Below, in pieces: positions 17,813 through 27,012 of a stretch of DNA of 64,000 bases. The position numbers and the translations under genes were made by a program. A model generated the notes under the pieces. It saw only the letters and a program-made list of their open reading frames with translations. It ran no database searches and was not told the origin of the DNA. Source of the stretch: a virus; IMG/VR virus record IMGVR_UViG_3300047089_000113, positions 16,595 to 80,594 of that record; one strand, given 5' to 3'. Numbering within the stretch: the first letter of the stretch is position 1; every line of letters begins with the position of its first letter.

Positions 17813-19468
17813 CTACTTCCATTCCCGCCGGTTGGGGCTCTGCCCGTCCGGGGTGTCATCCTCGGCCGGGGCGAACGTATCCAGGGACCAGTCACTGCCG
17901 CCATCGTAGGCTCCCCCGTGAGCCTCGGCCAGCCTGCGCTGCGCCCTGGTGCCGGTCGGGCTGAACGTCGAGTCGGCCAGGTGACCGGTCACGTCGGTGC
18001 CGGTGTTCAGGTCATCGGCGCGTATCCACTCGCGCTTGCCGCCTGCTACCGGCGGGCCGAACCAGGTGTCCAGGAACGGGTAGCAGCCCCAGACGAGGGA
18101 GTCGAGCCGGTCGGGGGAGCGCTCACCAGCCGCCCCGGTGAAGCTGCACATCTGGTCTTCCAGCTCCACGAAGCGCTCGGTGTCGGTGTGCCAGATCCGC
18201 TCGCTGGTCCTGGCGTCGGTGATCTGGTAGGTGACCTGCCGCTGGCAGTGCCGGACGATCTTGCGCTCGTACAGCGCGCTCACCGGCTCGGCGCGGGTCC
18301 GCTTGGCCTGGCTGGCGTGCACCTCGCGGTACTTGCACCGGCCGGTCTCCTTCATCACCTGCTCGAACGTGGCGCTCAGCCAGCCGCCGCCGTGGTTCTT
18401 CTCCACCACCAGCGTGGCGTCCAGCTCCTGGGCCTTCTTGATCACCCGCTTGGCGAACATGACCGGGCTCTCCTGCCCGCCCCAGCTCTCGATCACGTAC
18501 AGGTGCGGGTCGTCTATCAGCCCGCGCGCCACGATGGTGTACGCCTGCTCGTCGGAGTCCTCCCGGCCGTCGCTCGGGTCCACGCCGATGAAGACCTGGG
18601 TCAGCCAGGGCGGCCCGCCTTCCTCGCCCACGGCCGGGCACTGGCTGGCCTCGATCAGCTCGCGGGTCCACAGCGCGTTGGCGACGTCATCCAGCAGCTC
18701 GCCTTCCAGCTCCTGGCGCTCCAGCCGGGTGCCGCGCGCCGCGCCGACCACGGCGCGGTAGAACGCCTCGGACAGGTTGGCGATGTTGTCGATGGTGCGC
18801 AGCCGCCGGGTGATCACGCCGCCGTGCTCGGGCTCGTCGCGGATCAGCGACCGGATCAGCTTGCGTGCGCTCATCGAGACCTTCGGGGTGCCGGTGGCGA
18901 TGATCTTGGACACGCCCTGCCGGACGGCGAACTTCAGCGACTCGCCCCAGGCCACCTCCCACTTCTTCCACAGCCCGATCTCGTCGCACCAGGCGGCGCG
19001 CAGGTTGCGGCCCTGGATGCGCAGGCCCCCCTCGTCCGCTGAGTCCACGTAGACGATCAGCCCGGAGTGCAGCACCACCTGCCCGTAGGTGCGCCAGGCG
19101 CTGCGCACGATGTGCGACTTGTGGTCCTTGACCTCGGCCATCGAGGTGCCCAGCGCCCGCAGGATGCCGGATTCGCCCTCGACGCACTTGGTCCAGGCGT
19201 CGGCGTAGGTGGGCGCGATGATGCCGTACTCGCCCTCGGTGTCGGTGTCGTCCAGGATGATGTCTGCCAGCCCCTGAGCCCCGGCGCGGGTCTTGCCGCT
19301 GCCCCGGCCGCCCTGGAGATAGAACACGCGCCACGGGTCGGCCAGCGGCGGCAGCACCTGCTCGGGCCGGGCCACCCCGGAGCGCCAGCGGACGCGCGGG
19401 TCCTTGACCGGCTCAGCCAGCCGCTCGTCCCACTCGGCCAGGATGACGTCATCAGCAGTGGCAGTCAT
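17813..19468 (-). CDS. terL: Terminase large subunit
   Basis: Walker A GGRGSGKT, Walker B WCDE, nuclease IGVDPS, VEKNHGG, K..RA.P and SPDRLDSLVW. Confidence 0.95.
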   Translation of the reverse strand: MTATADDVILAEWDERLAEPVKDPRVRWRSGVARPEQVLPPLADPWRVFYLQGGRGSGKTRAGAQGLADIILDDTDTEGEYGIIAPTYADAWTKCVEGESGILRALGTSMAEVKDHKSHIVRSAWRTYGQVVLHSGLIVYVDSADEGGLRIQGRNLRAAWCDEIGLWKKWEVAWGESLKFAVRQGVSKIIATGTPKVSMSARKLIRSLIRDEPEHGGVITRRLRTIDNIANLSEAFYRAVVGAARGTRLERQELEGELLDDVANALWTRELIEASQCPAVGEEGGPPWLTQVFIGVDPSDGREDSDEQAYTIVARGLIDDPHLYVIESWGGQESPVMFAKRVIKKAQELDATLVVEKNHGGGWLSATFEQVMKETGRCKYREVHASQAKRTRAEPVSALYERKIVRHCQRQVTYQITDARTSERIWHTDTERFVELEDQMCSFTGAAGERSPDRLDSLVWGCYPFLDTWFGPPVAGGKREWIRADDLNTGTDVTGHLADSTFSPTGTRAQRRLAEAHGGAYDGGSDWSLDTFAPAEDDTPDGQSPNRREWK

Positions 19469-19567
19469 ATCAAGTGTCCGCTAGACACTTGGTCTGGTCA
19501 GTCGCGGCGGTCATCGGTGACCAGCGTCCGGTTGAACAGCCGCCACAGCGCGCCTCTCAGGCCGTGG

Positions 19568-20317
19568 CTATGACGCCATCTTGATGTGCTTGCGGAAGGT
19601 CTCACGTGCCGCTTCCATCTTCTCGGGCGGGACGTTGGCCCTGGTGAACGCCAGGGTCAGCGCCCGGTCGAGCATGTCCAGGGTGTTCTGGCGGATGCCG
19701 ACCAGCCGGGCGTCCAGGTTGAGCTTGGCGATGGCGACCAGCATCGAGCCCAGCCGTTCCATGGCCCGCTCGTACAGCACGATCTCGGCCCGCATCTGCT
19801 CGCCGGTCCTGCCCGCGTAGCGGTACTGGGCTGGCTTCAGGAGCTGCACCCGCCCCCGCAGCAGGTTCTTCCACTCGCGCATCTCCCCGGCCAGCAGCAT
19901 CAGCTCAACGTAGGGGTCCTCGACCGGCCGGGGATTGGCCAGGTCGGCACCGTACTCCGCGATGATCTCGCCAGCCCGCTCGTCCGCCTGGCCGTTGATC
20001 AGCCGCAGCGCCGCGCCCTTGGACGTGTTGGAGCCCTCGTTGGCCCCGTGGTTCTTGCAGCGCGGCGGCTCGGTCCCGGCGACCGCGAAGAAGTGGCAGG
20101 CGGCCGGGGTGCCGTATTCGTGGCGGCAGCGCCGGAAGCCGGTGGCCTGCTCGGCTTCCTCCAGCAGCTCGTCGGGCATGTGGTGCAGGCAGTACTCCAG
20201 GCCCTCGACCTCGACGTTGCCGCACCGGCCGCCGCCGCGCTTGGTTCCGGCGCAGAGCGCGGTGCCGAAACCGGGAGGCGTGGGAGGTGTGCTCGGCATG
20301 CCCTCATTGTGCAACAC
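19568..20317 (-). CDS. Probable terminase small subunit (Cys/His-rich N-terminus)
   Basis: Directly upstream of TerL; C...C...C..H repeats (RCKNHGA) plus a helical C-terminus. Confidence 0.6.
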   Translation of the reverse strand: MLHNEGMPSTPPTPPGFGTALCAGTKRGGGRCGNVEVEGLEYCLHHMPDELLEEAEQATGFRRCRHEYGTPAACHFFAVAGTEPPRCKNHGANEGSNTSKGAALRLINGQADERAGEIIAEYGADLANPRPVEDPYVELMLLAGEMREWKNLLRGRVQLLKPAQYRYAGRTGEQMRAEIVLYERAMERLGSMLVAIAKLNLDARLVGIRQNTLDMLDRALTLAFTRANVPPEKMEAARETFRKHIKMAS

Positions 20318-20319
20318 GA

Positions 20320-20347
20320 GAGCCCCGCAGCCGTAGCTGCGGGGCTC
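20320..20347. terminator. GC-rich hairpin, probable terminator of the secreted-protein cassette
   Basis: GAGCCCCGCAGC-cgta-GCTGCGGGGCTC, a perfect 12-bp stem. Confidence 0.55.
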
Positions 20348-20401
20348 CCAGTAACCGCGTTGCCTGCCGCCCTCCGGTGCCGGGCGGCTGCGGTTAGTAC
20401 C

Positions 20402-21148
20402 TCAGCGGCGGGCGAGCCCGGTGGCCCACACCTGGATGTTGGTGTAGCGCGGCGTGATCCGGTTCTGGAGGATCGGGTTGCCGCGCAGGAAGCGCAGCGA
20501 GCAGACGCCCCTGATGGTCGGGAACACCCACTGGCCGGTCAGCAGGAAGGTGCCGTTGCCGACCGCGTTGCGGAACAGCCCGGTGCCACGGTTGAACCTC
20601 CACAGGCCGAGCTGGTTGACCGAGGCCACGCACAGCCGCAGGTCGATGCTCGGGAACGCGAGACCGGTGTGGTCCACGTTGACCGAGCGGAAGAAGCCCG
20701 GCAGGTCGAACACGTCGCGCGTGTTGGTCTGGAGGGACAGGTCATCGGAGCCGGTACCGAAGACGGGGCCGGACGCGATGACGCGGTTCTGGACCACGGT
20801 GCTGCCCAGCGCCGTGATCTGGGCGACGAACTGCTCAGGCGAGCACCGCAGCGGGTTGACCACGGGGCGCTGGTGATCGGTCGGCTTGCCGGTCGGGCTG
20901 ACCGTGCGGAGATCCGGCTGGCTGGACAGGCCGTCAGTCGGGCTGACCTCATCGGTCGGGCTGACCGTGGGTGCGAAGGTGATCGGCCGGGTCGGCGCGC
21001 AGGTCTGCACCGGGCGCGGCGGCGGGGTGAACGTCTCGGTGACGGACGGCTCGGGGGTCGGCGTACCGGCGAATGCGGCAGTCGATCCCAGGCCGACCAT
21101 CATGCAGGATGCGGCAGCTACTGCCAGCACATTGGTCCTGACGGACAT
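20402..21148 (-). CDS. Secreted protein with Pro/Thr linker and beta-barrel-like domain
   Basis: Signal peptide ending AAFA, PT-rich linker, GTGLFRNAVGNG (dirigent/AOC-like) motif; AAAGGGA RBS. Confidence 0.6.
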   Translation of the reverse strand: MSVRTNVLAVAAASCMMVGLGSTAAFAGTPTPEPSVTETFTPPPRPVQTCAPTRPITFAPTVSPTDEVSPTDGLSSQPDLRTVSPTGKPTDHQRPVVNPLRCSPEQFVAQITALGSTVVQNRVIASGPVFGTGSDDLSLQTNTRDVFDLPGFFRSVNVDHTGLAFPSIDLRLCVASVNQLGLWRFNRGTGLFRNAVGNGTFLLTGQWVFPTIRGVCSLRFLRGNPILQNRITPRYTNIQVWATGLARR

Positions 21149-21336
21149 ACTTGTCCCTTTCGTTGTTTTACCGTGGCTGACCGAGATCCGCCCCCCCTGT
21201 ATCAGCGAGGCTTTCCAGGTCATCGTGATCTCCATCGTGATCGTGGTACCAGGGCACACACCGGGTGCCCGCGTTTACACTACACGCCCCCCAGGGGGTG
21301 TTGACACGCTTCCGATCACGAAACGATCACGAACGC

Positions 21337-21783
21337 TCATATAAAACGCATAGCCATCGTAGGCTCGTAGCTTCCCGGCCACCACCGTGACCAGCCCACT
21401 GTTGTCCCGCTGTGATGCGCGCCGAAGCTCATGTTCGTCCAGATCGTGGCGAACTCGACGTGCCCGGAGCCGAAGAACAGCAGGTCACCGCGCCGGGCAT
21501 CGGCAAGCGGTATCCGCACCAGGTGAGCGGTGCCGCCGAGCATGGCGTAGGTGGAGTGCGGCAGGCTGATGCCGTGCTGCGCCGCCGCCCAGACCACGAG
21601 CCCGGAGCAGTCGAACGCGCCCGGCCCGGCCGCGCCGTAGGAGTACCAGGCACCGGTACGCGATTCGGCGGTGTCCAGGATCGAGCCGCCGAGGCTGCCG
21701 GTGCTAGCGTGCGCGGCCGGTGCGGTGATCAGGAAGCTGGCCATCAGCGTGATGGCAGCCAGCAACCACGCATAGCGCCGCAT
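21337..21783 (-). CDS. Secreted NlpC/P60 peptidoglycan endopeptidase
   Basis: Signal peptide (AAHA), Y.YG..GP..FDCSGL, GDLLFF, GHV. Confidence 0.9.
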   Translation of the reverse strand: MRRYAWLLAAITLMASFLITAPAAHASTGSLGGSILDTAESRTGAWYSYGAAGPGAFDCSGLVVWAAAQHGISLPHSTYAMLGGTAHLVRIPLADARRGDLLFFGSGHVEFATIWTNMSFGAHHSGTTVGWSRWWPGSYEPTMAMRFI

Positions 21784-21786
21784 GGC

Positions 21787-22671
21787 TCAGCACCCGCCGC
21801 TGGCGGCCCAGGCCGAGTAGCCGGACTGGGCCACCTGCTGGTGGTACGCCTGGTTCTGCTCGGCCACGCTGGCGTTCTGAGCCAGCCCGGAGTGCCCGAG
21901 CCCCTGCCAGGTCGATGGCAGGAACTGGTAGAGACCGCCCGCCCCGCTGGACGGGTTGACCGCGCGGGCGTTGCCGCCGGACTCGTCCGCGATGATGTGC
22001 GACTGGCAGCCGCCCGAGCCCCGGTAGCTGGAGTTGCTGTAGCTCCTGGACCTGCTGCCCCGGTAGACGGTTACCGCGCGGTAGGCGTGGCCGCTGCTGC
22101 GGGGCTGCGCCCACCCGGCTGGCGGGTGGTCCAGGTCGAGCCCGTCGCCGTCGCCGTCGCCCCACAGGAACGGGCCGTGGTGCGCGGGCTGCGCGTGCCA
22201 GGTATAGGCCGCCGTGGTGACCGCTCTCGGCGTCATCGACTGGGCGTACTTCAGCTCGGCTGGCAGGTAGGCGCAGTTGAGCGCCAGTTCCTGGCCGATC
22301 CTCAGCACGTTGGCGTTGCGCGCGGTCAGGTGCGCGGCGCGGCTGGCGGCGTAGATGCCGGTCCACATCCGGGCCTGGCCGTGGCAGGCGTTGACCGCTA
22401 CCGATGAGATCGACTCGCCAGCCCGCACCGTGTGCAGGGCCAGTGCCCGGTCGGCGTGCGCGCGGGCGGCGTGCAGCACCGATCGCACGGCCAGCCGCAT
22501 CACGCTGGCATCCCGGCTAGAGTGCAGGTCAGGGGTGTCCCGTACGCCCGTGGCAGCCGCGTGGGACGGGGCGGCGCTGATCAGGCCGGGCAGCACCGCG
22601 ATGAGAGAGATCCAGGCCCACCGGAGATTACGGCGGATAGCGGCGGGCAGGTGCGCAGATATGCGCTGCAT
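21787..22671 (-). CDS. Secreted LysM plus Rpf-like lytic transglycosylase
   Basis: Signal peptide, LysM (HTVRAGESISSVA...NVLRIGQEL), C...ESGGN....NPSSGAGGLYQFLPSTW...ASVAEQ...W....C. Confidence 0.85.
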   Translation of the reverse strand: MQRISAHLPAAIRRNLRWAWISLIAVLPGLISAAPSHAAATGVRDTPDLHSSRDASVMRLAVRSVLHAARAHADRALALHTVRAGESISSVAVNACHGQARMWTGIYAASRAAHLTARNANVLRIGQELALNCAYLPAELKYAQSMTPRAVTTAAYTWHAQPAHHGPFLWGDGDGDGLDLDHPPAGWAQPRSSGHAYRAVTVYRGSRSRSYSNSSYRGSGGCQSHIIADESGGNARAVNPSSGAGGLYQFLPSTWQGLGHSGLAQNASVAEQNQAYHQQVAQSGYSAWAASGGC

Positions 22672-22798
22672 GTGTACCCTTTTCGCAGAGATGGCCGCTA
22701 CTCGGGGGGATTTCCAGGTCTTGCCCCTTGCAGCGCTGTGTCCTCACCGACGATAACAAGACGGCCTCGCGCTGTCCTGGCTTTGCCGGTGTCACATG

Positions 22799-22840
22799 CG
22801 AGAGCCCAGGACCCGCCGCTAAGGCGGGCCTGGGCTCTCG
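22799..22840. terminator. Long hairpin upstream of the Rpf-like gene
   Basis: CGAGAGCCCAGG(a)CCCGCC-gctaa-GGCGGG-CCTGGGCTCTCG. Confidence 0.5.
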
Positions 22841-22901
22841 TTCAGGCACGAGCTGATTTTGACCGCATGGCCAGCCAGCCTAACCCCGTGTACCCGGCTC
22901 A

Positions 22902-23189
22902 TCAAGCGTGCGGGTACCGGCACAGCGCCTCGATGCACCGCCCGTCGTTGTGGAAGAACAAGCTGACCTGGGACGCGATGTCGCACACCCGGCAGGCCGG
23001 GTCCTCCTTGTCGTGCGCGGGGCAGATGACGTCCACGCAGAGGACCGGCCAGGCGCGACCGCCCGGACACGTTCTCCAGCCGGTGGCGATGTGGTACCAG
23101 TCAGGCACCGTGACCAGCACGTACCCGCTCCGCGCGAAGCCGGTGCAGTCGCGGATGCGCTCGCCGCAGCGGGCGCAGCGCGAGATCAC
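22902..23189 (-). CDS. Cys-rich hypothetical protein
   Basis: GTG start overlaps the upstream stop; several CxxC pairs. Confidence 0.45.
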   Translation of the reverse strand: MISRCARCGERIRDCTGFARSGYVLVTVPDWYHIATGWRTCPGGRAWPVLCVDVICPAHDKEDPACRVCDIASQVSLFFHNDGRCIEALCRYPHA

Positions 23190-23785
23190 TTCAGCTTGAA
23201 GCGGTAGATGACCCCCGCGATCCAGACCAGCAGCCCGATCAGGTGCTGCCCGGCGGCCATCAGCGCGCACCCGGAGAACACGATGGCCATCGCGGTGGCC
23301 CGGTCCCAGTGCCGCTCCCGCCGTGGTGCCGGGACGGGCCTCGGCGGGAGCGGGGCCGGGGCCATGATGCGCAGCTCGTCGCACCACTGGCACAGCTCCG
23401 CGCCAGCCGGTCCCTTGACCTGCTCGTTCTCGGTCCCGCAGCCGGTGCAGGCACCGTCATGCCAGCCCTCGGCCAGCCTGCGGCGGTGCTCGCGCAGCGC
23501 GGCTTCCTCGACCGGCAGCGGGACGCCAAGGCCGTACGATGCCCGCATGTTGGCCTCGTTCGCCCGGATGTGCCAGTGGAACGGGCACTGGCAGTCCGGC
23601 CCGCCGTCGCAGGCCGGGTACGGCGGGTACTTCGGCCGGGCCTCGTTCTCCAGCCGCCTGACCTCAGCGGCCAGCTCCCGGTTATCCCGCATGAGCTGGT
23701 CGGCCGCCTCGGTGTCGAGCTTGCGCATCGCCTCGCGCAGCGCGTTCTCGGCCTGGCGCTCGGGGTGCTCTACCTCGCCGTCCAT
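23186..23785 (-). CDS. Hypothetical protein with Cys clusters and C-terminal TM segments
   Basis: CTGC...CQWC and a hydrophobic C-terminus. Confidence 0.5.
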   Translation of the reverse strand: MDGEVEHPERQAENALREAMRKLDTEAADQLMRDNRELAAEVRRLENEARPKYPPYPACDGGPDCQCPFHWHIRANEANMRASYGLGVPLPVEEAALREHRRRLAEGWHDGACTGCGTENEQVKGPAGAELCQWCDELRIMAPAPLPPRPVPAPRRERHWDRATAMAIVFSGCALMAAGQHLIGLLVWIAGVIYRFKLK

Positions 23786-24048
23786 GTCTGGTCCTCGCCT
23801 AGCACGTAGTCCCGCCGCTGGCCGTCAGTCTCGCGCAACACGGTACCGGGGTCTTCCTCGCGGCAGATCGCCATGGCTTCCTGGATATGGCTGGTCTTGA
23901 CGTGGATCGTGTGGTGGTCGGCCTGCATGTTGTCCATCTCGCCGCGCAGCCGGGCGGTCTCGGCCTCCAGCTCCGCGATGCGCTCGCGCATCCACTGGAG
24001 CCGGGCGACCGGGACCTCCACCATCGGCTCGTCGTCAAGTGCTGTCAT
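23770..24048 (-). CDS. Hypothetical coiled-coil protein
   Basis: Coupled ORF with phage-like codon usage. Confidence 0.5.
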   Translation of the reverse strand: MTALDDEPMVEVPVARLQWMRERIAELEAETARLRGEMDNMQADHHTIHVKTSHIQEAMAICREEDPGTVLRETDGQRRDYVLGEDQTWTAR

Positions 24049-24571
24049 CGTGCACCGCCTCGGGCTCGTCGGCCATGACGTTGGCCGCGTGCGCCATCAG
24101 CGTCAGGAGCTGGTCGGCCCCCTCGATGGCGCTGCGCTTGATCTCCCTCGGCTCGACCGCGCCGGGGTGGGTGTCCGACATCCACCCCGCGAACGCGGCG
24201 AACCGCTCCGGGTCGCTGTGCACCCACTCCGTGGTGAAGGACCCGACCGCCAGCGCCCCGGCGCTCTGCTCCAGGCCGTCATCGTCCGGCGTGTGCGGGA
24301 TCACGACCTGGAACGTCGCCAGCGGCCCCTGGTGGCGCAGCAGCTTCTGCCCGATGATGGTCAGCGCCATCTCGGACATCTCCAGCGCCTTGGCGTCCAC
24401 CCGGTCAGGGTTGAACGGGGTCTTGGCCTTCCTGGCGGCCTGCTGGAGCTGTACGACCAGCACGGGGTCCTCGCGGATCATCTGGAGCGCGATCACCGCG
24501 ATCATGTGCGCGGTGCTGGCGGACGCCGCCGCCTGGCTGGTGCCCATCTTGATGCGGTCTCCCATCGTCAT
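24035..24571 (-). CDS. Hypothetical protein
   Basis: Start MTMGDRIK overlaps the upstream stop. Confidence 0.5.
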   Translation of the reverse strand: MTMGDRIKMGTSQAAASASTAHMIAVIALQMIREDPVLVVQLQQAARKAKTPFNPDRVDAKALEMSEMALTIIGQKLLRHQGPLATFQVVIPHTPDDDGLEQSAGALAVGSFTTEWVHSDPERFAAFAGWMSDTHPGAVEPREIKRSAIEGADQLLTLMAHAANVMADEPEAVHDDST

Positions 24572-24888
24572 CGTGTCTTGGCTTTCCCGGCGGCGGATTC
24601 CAGCCGGGCGACGGCGGCCTTCTCGTACGGCGTCAGCGTGACCTGGTGCTTCACGCGCTCCAGGATCAGCTCGATGTCGCGGACCTGCACGGTGCCGCCC
24701 AGCAGGACGACGTTGTTCGCCCACTCCAGCGGCGGGGATTCCTTGCCGTCGCGCATCAGCGCGTCCAGCTCGGCCCAGGCGCGGGTGAACGCCTCGGCCG
24801 CCTCGTGCTCAGGGCGCGAGCGCGGCTCGGTCTGCTCCCATTCGAGCATCTGGGCGTTGACCTCGTTGCGCAGGTCGTCGGCCTTCAC
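24568..24888 (-). CDS. Hypothetical protein
   Basis: GTG start overlapping the upstream stop, with a GAGGGG RBS. Confidence 0.5.
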   Translation of the reverse strand: MKADDLRNEVNAQMLEWEQTEPRSRPEHEAAEAFTRAWAELDALMRDGKESPPLEWANNVVLLGGTVQVRDIELILERVKHQVTLTPYEKAAVARLESAAGKAKTR

Positions 24889-25175
24889 TGTCCCCTCACC
24901 ACGACTTTCGCGGGCCAGGAGTACAGGTGCCACACCAGGCCCTCGCGGGTGCGCGGCGCGGTGCCGACGTACGTCCCGCCCTCGGGGACGGGGTGACCGG
25001 TGCCGATCACCAGGAACTTGAATGCGTACTCGGGCAGGGTGTCGTCGTGCTCGGCCCAGAACTCCACGTCGCGGGGCTCGCCCGGCCCGTTGGCCACCGA
25101 TAGCAGCCTGCCGGTCAGCTTGTGCTCGTGCACCCGGTCATCCACCGGCACCTTGTAGCGGTAGATCGTCCTCAT
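24885..25175 (-). CDS. Conserved small phage protein (IY.Y...GTGH...YVGT...LVWHLY family)
   Basis: Recognisable motif pattern common in phage genomes. Confidence 0.6.
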   Translation of the reverse strand: MRTIYRYKVPVDDRVHEHKLTGRLLSVANGPGEPRDVEFWAEHDDTLPEYAFKFLVIGTGHPVPEGGTYVGTAPRTREGLVWHLYSWPAKVVVRGQ

Positions 25176-25397
25176 GACTGCGCCGCCGTCTCGTAGGTCT
25201 TGGTCAGCTCGCCGTAGAGCCCGGCCAGCTCGTCGTAGAGCCTGGCCTGCTCCAGGGTCAGGCGCTCGATCTCGCGGTAGATCCTCACGCGCTCGTTCAC
25301 GGTATGTTCTCCCTCATCGTTGCCGCCGGGTCTCGGCGGGTGTTTACACCCTACAGCGTATCGTGGGCTTGTGACATTCCCGGCTAGCCCCGTCCTG

Positions 25398-25622
25398 ATG
25401 AAGGCCCTGCGTCCTCTCAAGCGCTGGTCGCAGGCCGGGCCGTGCCCGCCGGTCCCGACTAACGGGATCTTCTGGGCGACCGCGAAGCAGGCCCCGCTGC
25501 TGGCCGCCGGGAACCTGGCGATCTACGCGCCGGACGGCACCCCGGTCCCGCCAGCCGAGCCCCCGCTGACCGTCAACATGGTGCCGGGCCTGGCAGCGGG
25601 CGTGAGCAACGCCAGCCGGTAG
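25398..25622 (+). CDS. Isolated plus-strand small protein resembling the GAGN virion family
   Basis: AAGNL motif and C-terminal GLAAGVSN; fills an otherwise non-coding gap. Confidence 0.45.
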   Translation: MKALRPLKRWSQAGPCPPVPTNGIFWATAKQAPLLAAGNLAIYAPDGTPVPPAEPPLTVNMVPGLAAGVSNASR

Positions 25623-25691
25623 TTGTCGAGCGATCGACAATTATTGCCGGTCGGGCTGGTCCTGGCGGCTAGTAGGTAGGGAGATCCCTAC

Positions 25692-25958
25692 TTACCGCCC
25701 TGGCAGGCCCGGCGGCGGCGCTCCCCCTTCCGGCGGCTGCACCGGGGCCAGGTCCGGGCGGTGCGTGTGCGGCGAGAAGTAGGCGGCTACCGCGCCGAGC
25801 AGCCAGGCGATGATGACCGGCAGGTTCTGCTTCTGGTCGGCGGTCAGGTTGTCCCGCAGCCACGGCACGATCTCGACCAGTAGCCCGGACAGGTACCCGG
25901 CGGCCAGGTACGTGACGCTGCCAGCCGCTACCTTGGTCTCGATCCCGCCGCCGCTCAT
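25692..25958 (-). CDS. Holin
   Basis: 88 aa, two TM helices, IETKVAA...AY..PHT.R pattern; within the lysis region. Confidence 0.65.
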   Translation of the reverse strand: MSGGGIETKVAAGSVTYLAAGYLSGLLVEIVPWLRDNLTADQKQNLPVIIAWLLGAVAAYFSPHTHRPDLAPVQPPEGGAPPPGLPGR

Positions 25959-26287
25959 CAGCCGGGCGGCTTGTTCTCGGTCACCTGGGAGAGCTGCTGC
26001 CGCAGCAGGTAACCTTCCAGCTCCCAGATCTTGTCGCGGGCCTCGGTGTAGGCGATGGACCGGCCCAGCTCGGCGTCGAAGTTCTCCTGGCTGGCGGCGG
26101 CGCTGTGCCCGACCGTGGTGAACCCGTTGGCCAGGGTCAGCGCGCAGACGGTGACCGTGGTGCCGGGGAAGACGTGGTAGTCCTCGCGCACGATCTTGCC
26201 GGTGACCTGCTCGGGCGTGACGCGCGGCGCGGTCAGGCCCTTGTCCTGCACGGCCTGCTCGATCGCGGCCTCGTTGGATGTGATCAC
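25958..26287 (-). CDS. N4 Gp49 / Sf6 gp66 family protein (possible cyclic-nucleotide sponge)
   Basis: APRVTP...TVC.L.L.NGF...G.SA..S.ENFD.E.G..IA...A..KIW.LEGYLL family signature. Confidence 0.8.
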   Translation of the reverse strand: MITSNEAAIEQAVQDKGLTAPRVTPEQVTGKIVREDYHVFPGTTVTVCALTLANGFTTVGHSAAASQENFDAELGRSIAYTEARDKIWELEGYLLRQQLSQVTENKPPG

Positions 26288-26649
26288 TGCTTCCTCCGGG
26301 AGTTGAGCTGGGCGGCCTGGCCGAACATGGCCGCTTCCTGCGGGCTGGCGGGAGCAACGCCGCCGGGCATCAGCTCCAGCCCCAGCGAATGGCTCCAGCA
26401 GACCGGCAGCGCGCCGAACTGCGGCACGACGGTGCTGATCGCGTGGGTGACGGCGGGCTTCAGCTCGGTCCCGGCCAGGTCCCGCGCCATGTTCACCCGC
26501 ACCGCCGGGGCGTCTTCCGCCGACCGGCTGGCCAGGGAGACCATCGCCTGCTGCTCGTGCACCACGTGCTGCTTGGCCAGCATCACGCAGACCGCGCACC
26601 ACTCCTTGCCCTCGGGCGGTTCCGGGCCGTCGAAATACAGGTCAGCCAT
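26284..26649 (-). CDS. Hypothetical protein (CxxC...CxxH)
   Basis: AAGGAGAG RBS, 121 aa. Confidence 0.55.
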   Translation of the reverse strand: MADLYFDGPEPPEGKEWCAVCVMLAKQHVVHEQQAMVSLASRSAEDAPAVRVNMARDLAGTELKPAVTHAISTVVPQFGALPVCWSHSLGLELMPGGVAPASPQEAAMFGQAAQLNSRRKQ

Positions 26650-26679
26650 CTGCTCTCCTTGCTCGTGTCCGCACCTACT

Positions 26680-27012
26680 CTAGCCACCGGGCGGCGGACA
26701 TGGCATCAGGGCCGTGCCGGGGATCGCGGGCAGCCCGTGGGCGATGAGCTGCATCTCCAGCTCGACGGCTGCCTGCTGGTACAGGCACACCGTGCCGGAC
26801 AGGCGCGCGACCTGGGCCTGGAGCTGGGCGTTCTCGTTGTGCAGCGACCAGATCAGCCAGAACTGCCAGCCCAGGAAGCACCCGAGCAGCACCGCCAGGC
26901 CGATCACGGCGTACTGCCAGCCGGTTATCCGTGCCGGTGGAAGAACACCGTCACCGATGTCAGCAGCAGGGGCAGCGCCAGGCCCGTCAGGATTATCGTG
27001 ACCAGGGTCCAT
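26680..27012 (-). CDS. Membrane-anchored coiled-coil lysis accessory protein
   Basis: One TM segment followed by a coiled coil, downstream of the endolysin; start uncertain. Confidence 0.45.
   Translation of the reverse strand: MDPGHDNPDGPGAAPAADIGDGVLPPARITGWQYAVIGLAVLLGCFLGWQFWLIWSLHNENAQLQAQVARLSGTVCLYQQAAVELEMQLIAHGLPAIPGTALMPCPPPGG

Noticed and set aside
19471-19491. CAAGTGTC-cgcta-GACACTTG as another operator copy
   Set aside because: Half-site spacing differs from GGTGT-N2-ACACC. It is more likely an RNA hairpin limiting TerL translation, with no further support.
22672-22900. c-di-AMP (ydaO) riboswitch upstream of the Rpf-like gene
   Set aside because: Expected by analogy to rpfA, but the conserved ydaO blocks are not visible. 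Only a strong hairpin is supported; an Rfam search would settle it.
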